A stretch of 64,000 nt of DNA. Source: Chrysomallon squamiferum (Eukaryota; Animalia; Mollusca). This document shows, piece after piece, positions 14,849-31,359 of this stretch. The position numbers and the translations under genes are program-made. The stretch is taken from positions 11,594,001-11,658,000 of the forward strand of contig CM022667.1 of the NCBI GenBank assembly GCA_012295275.1. The letters are read 5' to 3'. Each line of letters opens with the position of its first letter. The stretch's first letter is position 1. The notes under the pieces are model-generated. The model made no database searches and was not told the DNA's origin. It saw only the letters and a program-made list of their open reading frames with translations.

Positions 14849-15256
14849 TGATGATGATTATGATAATAATAATTAATAATAACAATAATAACACCGTCTT
14901 TCCTCAATTTGTAAATAGACTAGTTTCAGTCTAGTTTGTCCAGGGACGTTACTCTTCGCGCGCATGCGCAATAGGAATGCGAAATACCTCCATTAAGCCC
15001 AGCTGGTTACTTCAACTTTCTAATTTATCTTTTCGTTATTAAAAATAGCTAATCTTAGTTCTGTTATTTAAGCGTAAGTACCGCAGAATAACACTGTATA
15101 ATAGTATCCAACAGAAATATACTTGGCTGTCTTCTATCAACCAACATGTAATGTTACGTACGAGACATTAAACGTAGTTAACATTGCCCGATAGGACGTT
15201 TGTACCGAGTACACGTCTCTCAGGCGTCTGCATACACTGTGCTATTTAGTTTTTGT

Positions 15257-15343
15257 GTTGTCGCCATATTCCCACATTAGTTAACTACATTGAAGAACCG
15301 TAAAAATATCAATTTGGAAACATGGTAGCTTAATAAACTATCA

Positions 15344-15374
<31 letters not shown>

Positions 15375-15403
15375 GTTAACTAATATGGGAATGTGGCGAC
15401 AAC
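15257..15403. repeat. 31-bp inverted repeat pair (MITE-like)
   Basis: gttgtcgccatattcccacattagttaacta (15257-15287) vs tagttaactaatatgggaatgtggcgacaac (15373-15403), 2 mismatches. Confidence 0.7.
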
Positions 15404-15799
15404 TATATATATACGTAATATAAAAACAAGTATTAGTCATTCTGCTTTAAATAGGCCTATAAATGTTTTATGAATATTATGTAACTCTCTAGATAAAATA
15501 CAAAATGATTATGAAACACATGTCTGGTAAAAGGGCACTAATGAGGTTCCGTCACAATTTATTTACTTATTTATTTATTTATGTGTTTGTTTGTCGTTTT
15601 ATTTTATTTATTTATTTATTTTTTTATTTTTATTTTTTTTGATGAATTAATTAATTAATTTGTTTATTTATTTATTTATTTATTTATTAATTTCTATTTA
15701 CCTATTTATTTTCTTCATTTATTCATTCATTCATTCATTGACTCATTATTGATTAATGGAAGCAGCATAAAGGAGACCTTTGCTAGATAAGAATAATAA

Positions 15800-16180
15800 A
15801 ACAGAGGCAGAAAGAGCATTTCGACAAAATGGTGAAAACGTCAGGGAAAAATAGGCTGGACAAAAGCATTAGCAGTAGAACAACCAGCCCCAGGAAATAT
15901 CAATGAAAGAAGTGATGAAGGCGATCTAGACCAAAGAAAAAAAAAACGCACGACGTTCAGGCTTCCCGACAGTCTTTATCAAAACACCAAAGTGAGTGTG
16001 GAGTGGACGTGATGCGTTGTGGATGTTAAAGAGAGTTTGGGAAGAGGAACAGACACCAGGGGAATGGCAGACAAGTGAGAGTGTCCCAGTGCACAAGAAT
16101 GTGGGGACTGTAGAAGCGTGTCTCTGTGGGAAGTTGGAAACAGGAGCACAGACTCTGAAGTCTGATTCCTGTCAATAAGA
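15800..16180 (+). mobile_element. Degenerate non-LTR retrotransposon (RTE-like LINE) reverse transcriptase fragment
   Basis: EISMKEVMKAI..(frameshift)..DALWMLKRVWEEEQTPGEWQTSESVPVHKN resembles the EV..AI..W....P.EW....VPI.K region at the start of LINE RT domains; disrupted. Confidence 0.7.
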
Positions 16181-16376
16181 GACAGTTTAGATTGTGTTCA
16201 TGGAACAGCGGAGTGGTATCAAAAACGATTATTTGCTGCCGATAGAAAAGAAACCGACAGAATCCCTCCCTTCTTGCGTGTTTCTTCTTTCATTTACTCT
16301 CGTTATTAATTTAAGATATGACACGAAAGTAATTTTAGACTGAATTTTTTTTGTTGTTTTGTTTTGCTGCTTTTTC

Positions 16377-16409
<33 letters not shown>

Positions 16410-17209
16410 TTTTTTTTTTTTTTTTTTGCTTTTTTCATAAGTGGACATTTTTGAAGTTATAGCTGCATTTTGAAATCAATATATTTTAGCTGGCAGTGAG
16501 AACTTGAATATATCTTCTATGTTTGTACGTACGTAAATACAAACATAATAGACATCAGCGAATAATATCAAATACTTGTTGTATCTTGAAGTTGGATATA
16601 AACATACAAATTTCAATGTTACAAACACAAGAGTTGACAGTTGAGTGAACAGTTAACAATGATATATTTTTTGAAAGTTATTTATTATTTTGTTCTTTCT
16701 TTCTTTTTCTTCCTTCTCTCGTTCCAGAGAAAATGTTAACTGCGTATATGTTCGTGCAATTGGTTGGGCAGCTTCTGTTTCTTTATCCAAACGGTCCAAC
16801 TACAAACGACTGTGATACATTTTACTGTAACGAAAAATGGTTACAGTGAGTACATTCAGTATTGTAACCCATCATCATCATTATTACCTTTATCATCGTC
16901 ATCAGTATTATTATATGTCTGTTATTTTCTACTTCTTCTTCTTCTTATCATCATCATTATCATTATTATTGCTGTTGTTGTTATTATAATTATTATAGTA
17001 ATTATTATTATTATTGATTTTTGTTACTATTATTTCCTAAATTTGTTCCAGCAAAGAAGAAGAATGTTCATCATTTTGCGAAAGGGTAATTTTAATAACT
17101 TGTAATAGTTGTACCTCTTCATAATAATATTGCTATCCAACTACTGCTACTACGTCATCTATTTCTGCTGTTAGTACATCTGTCTCCACACCTTCTGTCA
17201 TTAATATTC

Positions 17210-17405
17210 CAAACACTACCACCACACAAAATAAAACACTACCACCACACAAAACAAAACAAAACACTACCACCACACAAAACAAAACAAAACACTACCA
17301 CCACACAAAATAAAACACTACCACCACACAAAATAAAACAAAACACTACCACCACACAAAATAAAACGTACCACACAAAACAAAAAACAAACACTACCAC
17401 TACAA
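17210..17405. repeat. 25-30 bp tandem repeat (aaacactaccaccacacaaaa)
   Basis: About 7 imperfect copies visible. Confidence 0.8.
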
Positions 17406-18349
17406 ACTTAAAAAACAATCACAAAAAAAAACAAAACACTATCATTACAAAACAAAACAGTTCTGTTTATACAAACACTACTACAACTTATAAAACAATC
17501 ACAGCCAATATTACTGTTACTTCTGTTTATACAACTGCGATTACTAGTACGACTACTTCTACTACTCCTACTATACATTATGTTATGAATACAGCACAAG
17601 TTTTATTTATTTATTTATTATTATTATTATTTATTTTTTTTTTTTTATTTTTTTTTTTTTCGTGTTGTTGTTGTTATTTAAGGGTGTTCCTGCGGCAAAG
17701 AAGCTTCAGGTATATAGGTGTTTTTTGTTTGTTTGTTTCTTTGTTGTTTATTTTAGTTTTTGCTGGCTTTTTCAAGATACCTTTGTGACACCTGTCTATG
17801 CCTAAGTTACCACTACTTCTCTGTTCCTCCTACTACTACCACAGTTATTTATATAACTATCACTACTACTACTACTATTAGCAGTATCTTTAAAGTATAT
17901 GTGCAGTCTTTTTTGTCTATATAATAATAGTACTACTACTAGTAGTATGAAATGTTTTTAATTCCACGACTTCTGCTATGACTATGGCAACTACGATGAA
18001 ATATGCTGCTAATTTGTCTACTACTACTTCTAATATTGCTTCAACTATTTCTTCCACTGCTTCTACTGGATATATATATATATATATACTACTACTACAT
18101 TTTTAATTCGACCTCTTCTACTATGACTATGGCAACTACTATGATTCATGTTGCTGATTTGTCTACTACTGCTTCTAATGTTAACAAAAATTATTTTATC
18201 TACAAACTTATTTAAAAAGTATCATATGAAAGTGTTTGGTTTATTTTGGTTAAAGTTGTATATCCAGGACCGCAGTTAAAACTTCAGCAACAACTAGCAT
18301 GACAAATACAAACTAACAGACATTAACACAAATACATGTTTGTCAGTTA

Positions 18350-18383
<34 letters not shown>

Positions 18384-18416
18384 GTTTATTATTAACTTTT
18401 ATTATTATTGTTGTTT

Positions 18417-18448
<32 letters not shown>

Positions 18449-19399
18449 ATTTTCATCATTATTACTTTTATTATTATTTTTTTTTTTTTTTTTTTAAAAA
18501 TTTTTAATTTTTAAAATTTTCTCCATCTAAATATGTATAATTATCATAGTCAAGCTTATTACGTACATCTGGTTTCCAGAAATTGACGAAACTGTTTCCT
18601 AGAATATATAAAAGGATTTTCCAGGAACGTTTAATGTCTATGTCTGACATTGAAGCTACAAGTCTGTACACATCAATCACAAATTAGAATTATTTTCAGT
18701 AAACTGTTCTATTTCTTGTTTGTTGTTTTTGTTGTTGTTGTTCTCATTATTTATTTATTAATTTATTTATTTATTATTCATTTACATTTTTTGTTTCAAC
18801 AGAAAATTGTGTTTTTAAACAATCGGACAATTAAATTTCGGTTGTTTAAAACGAAAGAGCGAATATACAAAAAAAATAAAAAAATGATAATACTCCATCT
18901 TCCCATAATAAATAAATAAATAAATAAATAATAATAAAAAAAATAATAATAATAATAATAAAAAAAAAATAATAATAATAAAGTTGTATTGAACAATAAT
19001 TAAAATAAAAATTATTAAAGAAAATTTTATTTAAAAAATAATTAGGCAGTAATAAATGTATAAATGACCTTTGCTTCGCGTTCAGTAAGGTTTCTGAAGT
19101 GGTCTCGAAATACTCTGTCAAATAGGTCATTTTTTTTTTTTTTTTTTCGCTATTTCCTGAACTTTGGAATCCGGATAGAAGTGTACATACTCTAATTACA
19201 ATCTATAACGTACATATATGAGTGAAAATATTGTAATAATCATAGTAATAATAATAAGAAGAACAAGAACAAGAAGAAGAAGAAGAAGAACAAGAAGAGA
19301 AACAAGAAGAACAACACAACAACAATAATAAAAGCAATAATAACTAAATAAATAAATAAATGCTAAAAAAATTACAAAAAAAGGTCAGGTTTGAAAACT

Positions 19400-20620
19400 C
19401 TTGCAAATAAATCGGCCTCAGATACTTTACCATGCAGCCACAATTTCCTCCAAAATGATGGGACTGCGTGTGTCTAGTCCTGCATGTCCCCAATACTCCT
19501 TCAAGGTGTTTTGAAATAACAAAATGTCTTGTAGGGTCCCCTTCCCCTTAAATTTGTGCCAACTACTAATATATGTTAGATGGGGCTAATTGCTGCAATG
19601 ACAGGAAGTCAATGAAATGGACTATGTGATCCACAGGCACTGGTCATAATGGAGGCAATCCAAATTGCATCTAAATTTTTCCAGTTCTTTTCCATGCCAC
19701 TTTCTCCATGCGACTTGGCATTGAATTCTTTAGCAATCTTTATGCTCAATCCCCTTCGGAAAAGACCCGAAATACCCTTTCTATCCCTCCTGCACTATCG
19801 GCATAAAATTCCAAGGAGTTACTGCTTGACATCTATTATACTTTTTAAATTGTTTGCATCTGTTGCTTTTCGAGGTCCCTGAAATTGTAATCTAAAACCG
19901 TCGGTAAAACCTTTAACACCTGTGCTGCCAGTTTGTTGGAGGACTGTTTTAGCTGATGGCCAGGATACTTGTGTTTATCGGGGAATATCCCATCATATTC
20001 AAGTTAGTTCTGCCCTTATGATATGCACTGAAGAGAGGGATGTCTCCCACCAAATTTTCCACATGCGTGCCTAAATTTAAATTTGGCAAATGTACATTTG
20101 CCACCATCAGACCCCCAACATGTCCTAGCACCGCGGTACGTTCCAATAACGCACATCAAAATCATGACAGCCACAGGTGGATTGATGTAAAGCAACCTCC
20201 CTTTTCCATTTTTTTGACCACTAGTTTCTCCTCCCTCCAATACGAGGTCGCCTGCACTATCCTGAATAGATTCCATTTCCTGGCCGGACTTACACAATAC
20301 AAGTCAATCTACGTACTCAATTTCAAAACTGCTAGTATCCGGCTCACCGTTTTCTGTCGTTCCCTTCTGAAACAATCGTGGAATCATCCATGGCCCTTTG
20401 TCTTCGTCCTCGCTGTTGAGGCGGCTCGGTCGTCAAAAAACGAGAAGGCTGGTTGATCCTCCGCTTCGATCTGCCTACATTTTTCTGGGCAGACACTTTC
20501 CTTTTCTTTTGTTTTTTTCAGACAATATCAGCCGTTTCTGCTAATTGAAAAAAAGGCTGGATGGCAATGGATGAAAAAAGCAAGTAAATGTTTCCCCGTT
20601 GCTGCTGAAATGGCGCTTGA
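19400..20620 (-). mobile_element. Internally deleted, decayed DIRS-like (tyrosine recombinase) retrotransposon
   Basis: GC-richer island. Minus-strand peptides in order: Gag-like zinc knuckle CWGSDGGKCTFAKFKFRHACGKFGGRHPSLQC; RT N-terminus YSPINTSIL..GFTDGFRLQFQGPRK..NNLKS; recombinase N-terminal motifs AAISP..DPTRHFVISKHLEG..DTRSPIILEEI. Many stops and frameshifts. Confidence 0.7.
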
Positions 20621-21573
20621 ATGGAAAAAGACTGATTTATGCGCACGTCGCGCTTATACTGTATAGACTAGACAACTAGAGTTAATTCCCTTTGGCCTTT
20701 GCCTCCCATGCAAGCCATTTACCACTACCACACAGCTAGCTGTATTTTTCTGACATTAGATGGGATTATAAGTTATTACGAATAATCTGTACTAACACCA
20801 AACATCAGACACAGAAGTGTATAAAAAGTTGCGCATTCGTTTCCAGTAGTAATCTACAGTTTTAACTAATCAAAATCAGTTCCCCTTGATCTTCTGTGTA
20901 GCCTTTTCTTGTCAAGCAATGTTCCATAAATTTGAACTTTTATTAATTCAGAATCATTTTCATAGGAGGAGATGGATTAACTTATTATTATTTTTATTAT
21001 TTATAATTATTATCATTATCAAAATCCTTATTAGTTTTGTTATATTTAGTATTTTGTTGTGGCTATTATTATTATTATTATTATACATTTTTGCATATTC
21101 AAAATTGACTCAATTTTTACCACTGTGAATTGTAATAACATTGCTATAATAATAATACTTGTTACTTAAAGAAAAAATACATAGAACAAAAACAAGATTA
21201 TGCAAACAAACATAAATGCGTTTTCCATTTTAAATTTTTTGTTTAATTATCTTTCTGAATATTACAGTGTTGATTATTTTATTCGTATATGAATATGGTA
21301 GAAAGCTATTGATTTAAATTAGAACTGTTTGTAATATACTGAACATTGTTTTGCGTAAACATCGTTCAACTGGTTATTGATATGTGTACATTTTTTAGTT
21401 TAATTTCAGCTGTACAGAACTCATGGCATAGTTATTGTACGTTTTGAAGTAGTTATGTAATCTGAGTTCATATAAAATTATTTTTGATTGTTCGATCTCT
21501 AATATTATTGTTGTTGTTTTTCTCTTTTTCTATCTCTATTATGATTATGATTATTATTATTACTATTATTATT

Positions 21574-21605
<32 letters not shown>

Positions 21606-21751
21606 CGTCGTTATTATTTTCAACAAAGTTCATTAACACTATGAAAGTCATAAGGATATAAAATGTGTTCGTCTTCTATTTACAACATTTACAGTAAAAC
21701 GTTATTTCTATGCATTTCATTGTTAATATATATATATATATAGACAGAGAT

Positions 21752-21860
<109 letters not shown>

Positions 21861-23777
21861 AAAACTGGTTACAATCATTCACTGTCAAAAAATTGGGACC
21901 GATGTTAAAGATACAAATGAGTGAAAACAGGAAATGCGGTAGTAGTAATAGTCATGTAATGTGTGAAGTAGTAATAGTAATGTAATGTGTGAAGTAGTAA
22001 AAGTAGAGTCTATAATGTAAGAATAACTAGTAGTAGAAGTGGTAGTAATTGTAATAGTATCAGCATCAATAGTAGCAGTACTAGCAGCATACATTCATGA
22101 CATCACTTGCCAAGTGAGTTACAATTCGTGACATCATTTACCAAATACGTTAGAGTTCGTGACATTACTCACCAAGTACGTTACAGCTCGTGACATCACT
22201 TAACAAGTAAGTTAAAGTTGTTAGGTTTAGTGTATTAAACAAAGATGAATATAATTATTATAATGAGCAGATGCCGATATAGAGACGCTATCCCATCTAA
22301 AATTAGTTCTGATTTAACTGTAGCGCTGTAGAAACTAGAAGGAGATTTAATGTAAGTTACTGATCAGACGTTTACCCCAGAGATACGATCCCACCCACAG
22401 TCAGTGTTAGATAAATGAAAGCGACATAGAGACTGGTAGCAGATATCTTTATTGTAAGTCACTGCTCAAGGCGGTTAATGTTTAACACAGAAGTGTGTCA
22501 TCAGTCAGAAAAATAGGGTTGAGTCCATTAATTAAACAATAATTTATCTTCATTAACCAAATTTAGTGTAAAAAAAACAGTAGTTCTGGTAATGACTGTT
22601 TGGTGGGTGTAGTATTTGTGGTAGTAGTACTGGTAATGATGGTCGTGTTAGTATTTGATTTTGTTTGTGTTCCTGTCGTAGATGTTGTTGTAATAGCACT
22701 AGTACTCATTAAAAAATAATAATAATAGTTGTAGTAATAGCAGTAGTAGTAATGGTAATAGTAGTAGAAATTGTTGTTGTAGTATTTTAGAAGTAGAAAT
22801 AGTAGTAGTAGGAGTAATTAGTAATAATAGTAGTAGCAGTAGTAGCTGTTGTAGTAGTAGTTGTTGTTGCTGCAGTATTATTATTATTATTTCTGTTGTG
22901 GTAATGGTAGGTGTTCTAATAATTACAGTAATAGCAGAGTTTGACCAAAATTGATTGCAGCGATAAATGTAAACCAAATTGTTATAATATCGAAATCGAT
23001 CTTGTTCTCATTTTTATATCAATTCGGACAGTTGTGATAGTTGATGCAGTTGTCACTTTTGTTATAGCAGTTGTTTTGTGGAACGTTTTGTAATTGTTGT
23101 CGTTGTTGTAACTCTAAATGTAAAACCATTATGTCTAATGTAGTTGCTGCTCATGCCGTAACTATTGTTCTGATTGTTATTATTGTGTTCATCTTAATTC
23201 TTTCAAACTTGAGACAGTAAAAGAAATAATGCCACTTAAAACTTGTCTATTTTTTAAGACTGTGTAGCCATGAATATATGTATGTATATATGTATGTGTG
23301 CATGTATGTACGCATGTACGCATATGTATGTACGTATGTATTTGTGTACGTAGCATATATGAGTTTAACCGAGCATATATGTACTTATATGAATCCATTT
23401 ACTTGTTAATTAACGTAAATATTTCAGAAGGTTTACAAATAAAGTTAAGCATTCTTTAAACAATCAGTTCTATTTTTGAACACCGAAATGTCAAGACAGT
23501 TAAAACAAACAATCAAGATGCTGTTTTCTCTATAGAAATAAAACCTCTGCTATTGTTAGATTTTAAAAACTATCAAAATATCCTATAAAAAAACGACAAC
23601 GTATCAGTACAAATAATGAATGGCATATGTATATTCATTTATTTAGGAGTTAAAATAATGAAGTATGATTGATACAAGTGAACTCTGGAAGACCAAATAT
23701 TTACTACGTGCAGCATATATATATATACACAGAAGATGGGAGTTTTACGTAGAAATATTAAAGACAGTTTGTTTAAT

Positions 23778-25243
<1,466 letters not shown>

Positions 25244-25329
25244 TTTTGTAACTTCAGAAAGTTTGAGATCAGAATAAACTTACATCTTCATCTATTTGTT
25301 TTGTTGATCGCTGGAATTCATTAATTACT

Positions 25330-25363
<34 letters not shown>

Positions 25364-25544
25364 CTATTGTTGTTGATTGTTTTGGTATTGTGGGAAGTGT
25401 TGTTTGTTTGTTTTTTCTTTTACTTTCTTTCTTTTTTTCACAATTACAGAAAGTAATTCACAAATATATTTTACCATGTCATCGAAAACCTTTCCTGTTA
25501 CCGTATTTTCAGTTGTTCAGAAACGCGGAGAAATACGGCAATAC

Positions 25545-25605
<61 letters not shown>

Positions 25606-25961
25606 CATTTAATATCAGTACGGATAACTAATTTTTGGGCCGAGTCATCACGTATTTCTTTTTAAATAAACTTATATAAAATTAATATATTTAGTCACAG
25701 ATGTTCACACACCTGGAACAATTATTCGAAATGACAAGCCAACACGATAAATAAGGTAGAAAATATATTATGAAAAAGTTATAATGTAAATATTAAAGTA
25801 ATTAACTACTAAAGATAAGTAATATGTAAATACAGTTTTAATAGGTACAATGTAGAGAAATGAAAGGAAGAGAGATATATTGTAAACTGCTGTTTCTGTT
25901 CTTATTTTTCGTCTTCGTTGTTGTTGTTGTGCATGTTGACGTCTACAACATCGCTGTTCTT

Positions 25962-27118
25962 TTAGTCATCATCATCTTCCTCCTCTTCTTTTTCTGAATA
26001 ATAATAATTATTTTAGTTTCTTAGTAAAACAACAACAATAATAATAATAATAGCAACAATAATTATAATAATATTAACGATAATAATAACAATGATAACA
26101 ACACTGATTACTGTAATAATAATGAGAACAGTAATAGTAATAACAATAATAAGAATAAAAATATCAGTAGTAGTAATAATAATAATAGAAAGAATAATAA
26201 TAATAAGAAGAAGAAAAATATATTAATAATAACAATAACAACAGCAACAACAACAACAATAAAAAATAATAACAATATTTAAAGTATTACTGAATGTAAG
26301 TTAATTTATTTGTTAATAAATCCTTGTTATTTGTTAAAATATCATCCGCAGTGAATTCATATTTCACAATCACTCACTCTCAAATACATTTCATTAATCA
26401 CCATAATTATAATAAACCCTTTCATTATCATTAAATACCTGCAGTGATATGAAATGAAGGTCCTACCCGATCAGCTACATTTTTTTAATTTGTTTTCTTA
26501 AACAATGGAAATATAAACTGTATATAAGTCGTTATTTGTAATCAATTTTGGTGAATAAATTTTTTTTTCGATTATTATATTTATTCAAAATTGCAGTGGA
26601 AATATTTCAAGCAGATAAATAAGCAGCTGCTCTATGAATATTTAATTAGGCACTAAATATATGTGCTTACTGTATCCTTTCATTTTATTTCATATAATTT
26701 TAAAATGATGACAATAACGGTAGCTATATATTTCTACAATATTTAAAAAGAAAAAAAAAATCCAGCAAACAATCAAGTTTTGTTAGAGCATTCCAAACAA
26801 AATTGTTCAGGTCTCTTTGTTCGCTATGTAGACGAAACATTAAAAGGAAAAACTCGTTAAACAACTTCATGATAGATCACTCAACATACTGCAGTGTAAG
26901 TAGAAACCATAAAGCGAAGGAAAACACATAAAACGAAGTATTAAAGAAACGTGATCTTCTTGAATGTGAAATCTTTTATACGTAATTCCAGTGTAACCAT
27001 TCATTAAAAATAAAATAAATAAATAAATAAAAGAAGGGGGAAAAAGTAAAAAAACCCAATATTTATATGTATTTTTTATTTATTTTTTATTTATCCATAT
27101 TTCTTTCTGTTTGTCGTT

Positions 27119-27213
<95 letters not shown>

Positions 27214-27662
27214 GAATGATTGTGTGTCATTCTATCCATATATCACTTTATTTATCTTTCTGTGTTTTCTGTCATTTATCATCTATCATTTACTACCTAC
27301 ATACCTATCTGTCTATCTATTATATATATGACTGTCTGTTTGTCTGTCTGTCTGTTTAATTTAATTTAAATTTACCTTGCGCTGGTTCCGCTTCAACTTC
27401 TTTTCCTGAAGTTGATTCCTGTCCGGTTGCCGGGAGATGTGCCGGTACGTCCCCCTGTCCGGGTGCTGCAGGTGCTTGTCCGTGTCCGGTTGCCGGTAAA
27501 TGTGCTGGCACGTCTCCCTGTCCGTGTTGAACAGAGAATACTGCCGTTACTGACAGAAGTAGCAGCTGTTACGAAATAAAAGTAAAAGTGAATAAATTAA
27601 ATGAAGTAAAAAATAAATATATAATAAATAAATAAATAAGAATGAAACAAAATTAAAAAATA

Positions 27663-27710
<48 letters not shown>

Positions 27711-27849
27711 AGTCTCTTGAATTATCTCCGTTTTCACATTCATCCTCTCGTTTTTAGTTCTTTGTCTATCTAGATATCTCTCTGTCGTTCTGTCTATCTA
27801 TCTGTCTTCCATCTATCTATCTATCTGTTGATCTGTCTATATGTCTGTT

Positions 27850-27881
<32 letters not shown>

Positions 27882-28134
27882 AGTCTGTCGGTCAGTCTCT
27901 CTGTCTATCCATTTACCTATCTAGCAACCTGCCTATCAGTCTGTATGGATGTATGCCTGTATGTCTGTTTGTCTGTCTCTCTATCTAGCTTTCTGCCTGT
28001 CTGTCCAACTATCTACCTACCTACCCAGGCTGTCTGGCTTTCATTTTTCAGAAATGTTATGTTGTATAACAAGAAATAAATTTAAAAAAAACAGAGATAC
28101 TTACAACTAAGACAATACACCGTGCACTACACAT
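25962..28134 (-). CDS. Gene B: small secreted Gly/Pro/Ala-rich protein with poly-acidic tail, ~83 aa, 3 exons
   Basis: Exons 28134-28105 (MCSARCIVLV), 27565-27376 (LLLLSVTAVFSVQHGQGDVPAHLPATGHGQAPAAPGQGDVPAHLPATGQESTSGKEVEAEPAQ) and 25993-25962 (EKEEEEDDDD*). Phases 0 and 1. The last exon is supported mainly by its counterpart in gene C. Confidence 0.75.
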
Positions 28135-28204
28135 CCTGACAGTCCAGAGTTAGACCAAACCAAACAGTAAACTCTAACTCAGGTAAAGTAAAGATACGCA
28201 TTTC

Positions 28205-28280
28205 TGTTTCCTCATTTTATAGTCTACCCATCTGAAAAGTATTTGCTAAAACAAATCACCATCGAAATGTAGGCCGACAG
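28205..28280 (-). promoter_or_regulatory. Conserved TATA promoter block of gene B
   Basis: Minus strand tgtcggcctacattt..gtgatttgtttt..tagactataaaatgaggaaa, matching 34278-34352 and, for the agactataaa core, 61395-61416. TATAAA lies about 80 nt before the ATG. Confidence 0.7.
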
Positions 28281-28979
28281 TTTACTGAATTCCGTTAGTA
28301 CATGTATAACAATGACCAATATAAAAAAAAAAAAAAGCTAACAATAAAATATGTACTAAAACAAATGTCAAACGTCTCTTCTTGTCCATTTACGAGAAAC
28401 ACTTCAGATTAATCTTCATTTGAAAACTGTGTTGGATTACTTTTGGTCCAGTTGTAAGTGTTTCGAGGGTAATTATTACTATAGTTTACATACCTTTGTG
28501 TCAGTTCTCTAACTTCTTTATATTCTGAACTTATCTTTTCTTATGTTCTTCTAACTCTTTATTTGCTATTTTTATTATTTAATTATTTAAATAATTAGCT
28601 TATCTATCTATCTATCTATCTATCTATATATCTATCTATGTATCTATCTGTTTATCTGTTTATCTATCTGTCTGTCGGTCTATCTATCTATCTATCTATT
28701 TATTAATTTAGTTATTGTATTTACTTATTCATTTATTTGTATTTATTTATTTGGTTAGTTAGTTTTTATTATTATTATTATTAAAAAAAAAGAATGTTTT
28801 AATGTTATAAATGTAAAAAAAAAAATATGGCACCCCTTTAAATAATATGAAGTAAAAAAAAAAATCGAAAGCCAGAAATATTTTATTAAAACATTTGAAA
28901 AAGAGCCGTGGGAAAAAAAAAAAAAAAAACATAGACTTCAGATAAATTCATTTTATCATTTTCCATGGATAACATAAAA

Positions 28980-29160
28980 ACCTGCGTGTGATGTGATTTC
29001 GCTGTGAGCGTTTTGTCGTAAATGGGTTAACAGCATGTACTCAGCTCGGTCTTCGTGTTTAGTATTTTTAATACGCTGATGGATTGACTTTCACACTGAC
29101 AGACACACAGATATATATGTTGATGGATGGACGAATAATAAAATATTAATTTATTAAATA
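28980..29160. repeat. Inverted repeat arm (partner ~31775-31945)
   Basis: gatgtgatttcgctgtgagcgttttgtcgtaaa..cagatatatatgttgatggatggac is reverse-complementary to gtccatccatcaacatatatatctg..tttacgacaaaacgctcacagcgaaatcacatc. Confidence 0.8.
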
Positions 29161-29240
29161 ATTTCATGTATAAATTTATTAGTTTGGTTTTTAATTGTTT
29201 TTCATCTTTTTCCTTTTTTTTTTCCTTTTTTCTTTTTTCT

Positions 29241-29278
<38 letters not shown>

Positions 29279-29749
29279 CTATGCTAACAGAAATTAAATT
29301 AGACTAATACATGAATTATTATATATATATTTAGAATTGTTATGTTTCATATTCATCAAAATACAGACAGCATCTATCAAATTGAGACATAACTTAGATT
29401 TTTCGCTGTATAATAGATAGTGGGCGAATTTGAAGTTTATATATAGACAGATACAGAAACCGTCTCCGGAGGGTGTGTCTGTCTGTACAGGTGTACTCGG
29501 TGACAGACACAACACTTGCTAATAAAACACATAAATTTCGTGGGTTTGAGGAAGCTGGTTGATGTATATTTGTTAACTTTATTTATTTTTTAACAAATAG
29601 CGGCAATTCTGTGCTGACAATTTATATCTAAGTTAATTTTATATTGTGTCTTCTTTCTGCGTCTCGAATTTACTGCATGAGTTTGTCTTTTTTTTTTATT
29701 AATATCGTCTTTAATTTTTGGTGGAGTTTTTTATATCTCACTTCCTCAT

Positions 29750-29786
29750 TCTCTCTCTCACTCTCTCTTTCTCTCTCTCTCTGGGT

Positions 29787-29870
<84 letters not shown>

Positions 29871-31359
29871 GTGTGTGTGTCTCTCTCTCTCTCTGGGTCT
29901 ATCTCTCTCTGTCTCTCTCTACGTCTGTTTGTGTGTGTGTCTCTCTCTAGGTCTCTCTCTCTCTTTCTATGTCTCTCTCTCTCTACGTCTCTATCTGTGT
30001 GTGTGTCTCTCTCTGTCTCTCTCTAAGTCTCTCTCTTTCTGTCTCTCTCTGTGTGTGTCTCTCTCCCTCTACGTCTCTGTGTGTGTTTGTCTCTCTCTGG
30101 GTCTCTCTCTCTGTCTCTCTCTATGTCTTTCTCTCTCTCTACGTCTGTGTGTCTCTCTCTGTGTGTGTATCTCTCTCTACGTCTGTGTGTGTGTCTCTCT
30201 CTAGGTCTCTCTCTGTCTCTGTCTCTCTGTGTGTGTGTGTCTCTCTCTAGGTCTCTCTCTGTCTCTGGGTGTGAGTGTCTCTCTCTCTACGTATGTGTGT
30301 TTGTCTCTCTCTAGGTCTCTCTCTCTCTGTCTCTCTCTGTGTGTATGTGTCTGTGTGTCTATCTCTTTCTTTACATCTGTGTGTGTGTCTCTCTCTAGGT
30401 CTGTCTGTGTGTCTGTCTCTCTCTCTACATCTGTGTGTGTGTCTATCTCTCTCTGTGTGTGTGTCTCTCTCTCTACGTCTGTGTGTTTGTCTCTCTCTGT
30501 CTCTCTGTGTGTGTGTGTCTATCTCTCTCTCTACGTCTGTGTGTTTGTCTCTCTCTGTCTCTCTGTGTGTGTGTGTCTATCTCTCTCTCTACGTCTGTGT
30601 GTTTGTCTCTCTCTGTCTCTCTGTGTGTGTGTGTGTCTATCTCTCTCTCTCTACGTCTGTGTGTGTCTCTCTCTCTCTCTACGTCTGTGTGTGTGTCTCT
30701 CTCTCTAGGTCTCTCTCTGTCTCTGTGTGTGTGTCTCTCTCTCTCTCTACATCTGTGTGTTTGTCTCTCTCTAGGTCTCTCTCTGTCTCTCTCTGTGTGT
30801 GTGTGTGTCTCTCTCTAGGTCTGTGTGTTTGTCTCTCTCTGTCTCTCTCTCTGTCTCTGTGTGTGTGTGTCTCTCTCTCTCTCTACGTCTGTGTGTGTGT
30901 CTCTCTCTAGGTCTCTCTGTCTCTGTGTGTGTGTGTCTCTCTCTCTACATCTGTGTGTTTGTCTCTCTCTAGGTCTCTCTCTGTCTCTCTCTGTGTGTGT
31001 CTCTCTCTCTTTCTGTGTGTGTGTCTCTCTCTAGGTCTCTCTCTGTGTCTCTCTATCTGTGTCTCTCTCTCTGTGTCTCTCTCTCTCTACGTCTGTGTGT
31101 GTGTGTCTCTCTCTAGGTCTCTCTGTGTCTCTCTCTCTACGTCTGTGTGTGTGTCTCTCTCTGTCTCTCTCTGTCTGTGTCTCTCTCTCTCTGTGTCTCT
31201 CTCTCTCTACGTCTGTGTGTGTGTCTCTTTCTAGGTCTCTCTCTGTCTCTCTCTGTGTGTGTCTCTCTCTATCTACGTCTGTGTGTGTGTCTCTCTCTCT
31301 CTGTCTCTCTCTCTCTACGTCTCTGTGTGTGTGTGTGTCTCTCTCTCTTTCTCTCTCTC

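Noticed and set aside
20040-20456. 138-aa plus-strand ORF
   Set aside because: Antisense to the DIRS-like relic; the recognisable motifs are on the minus strand.
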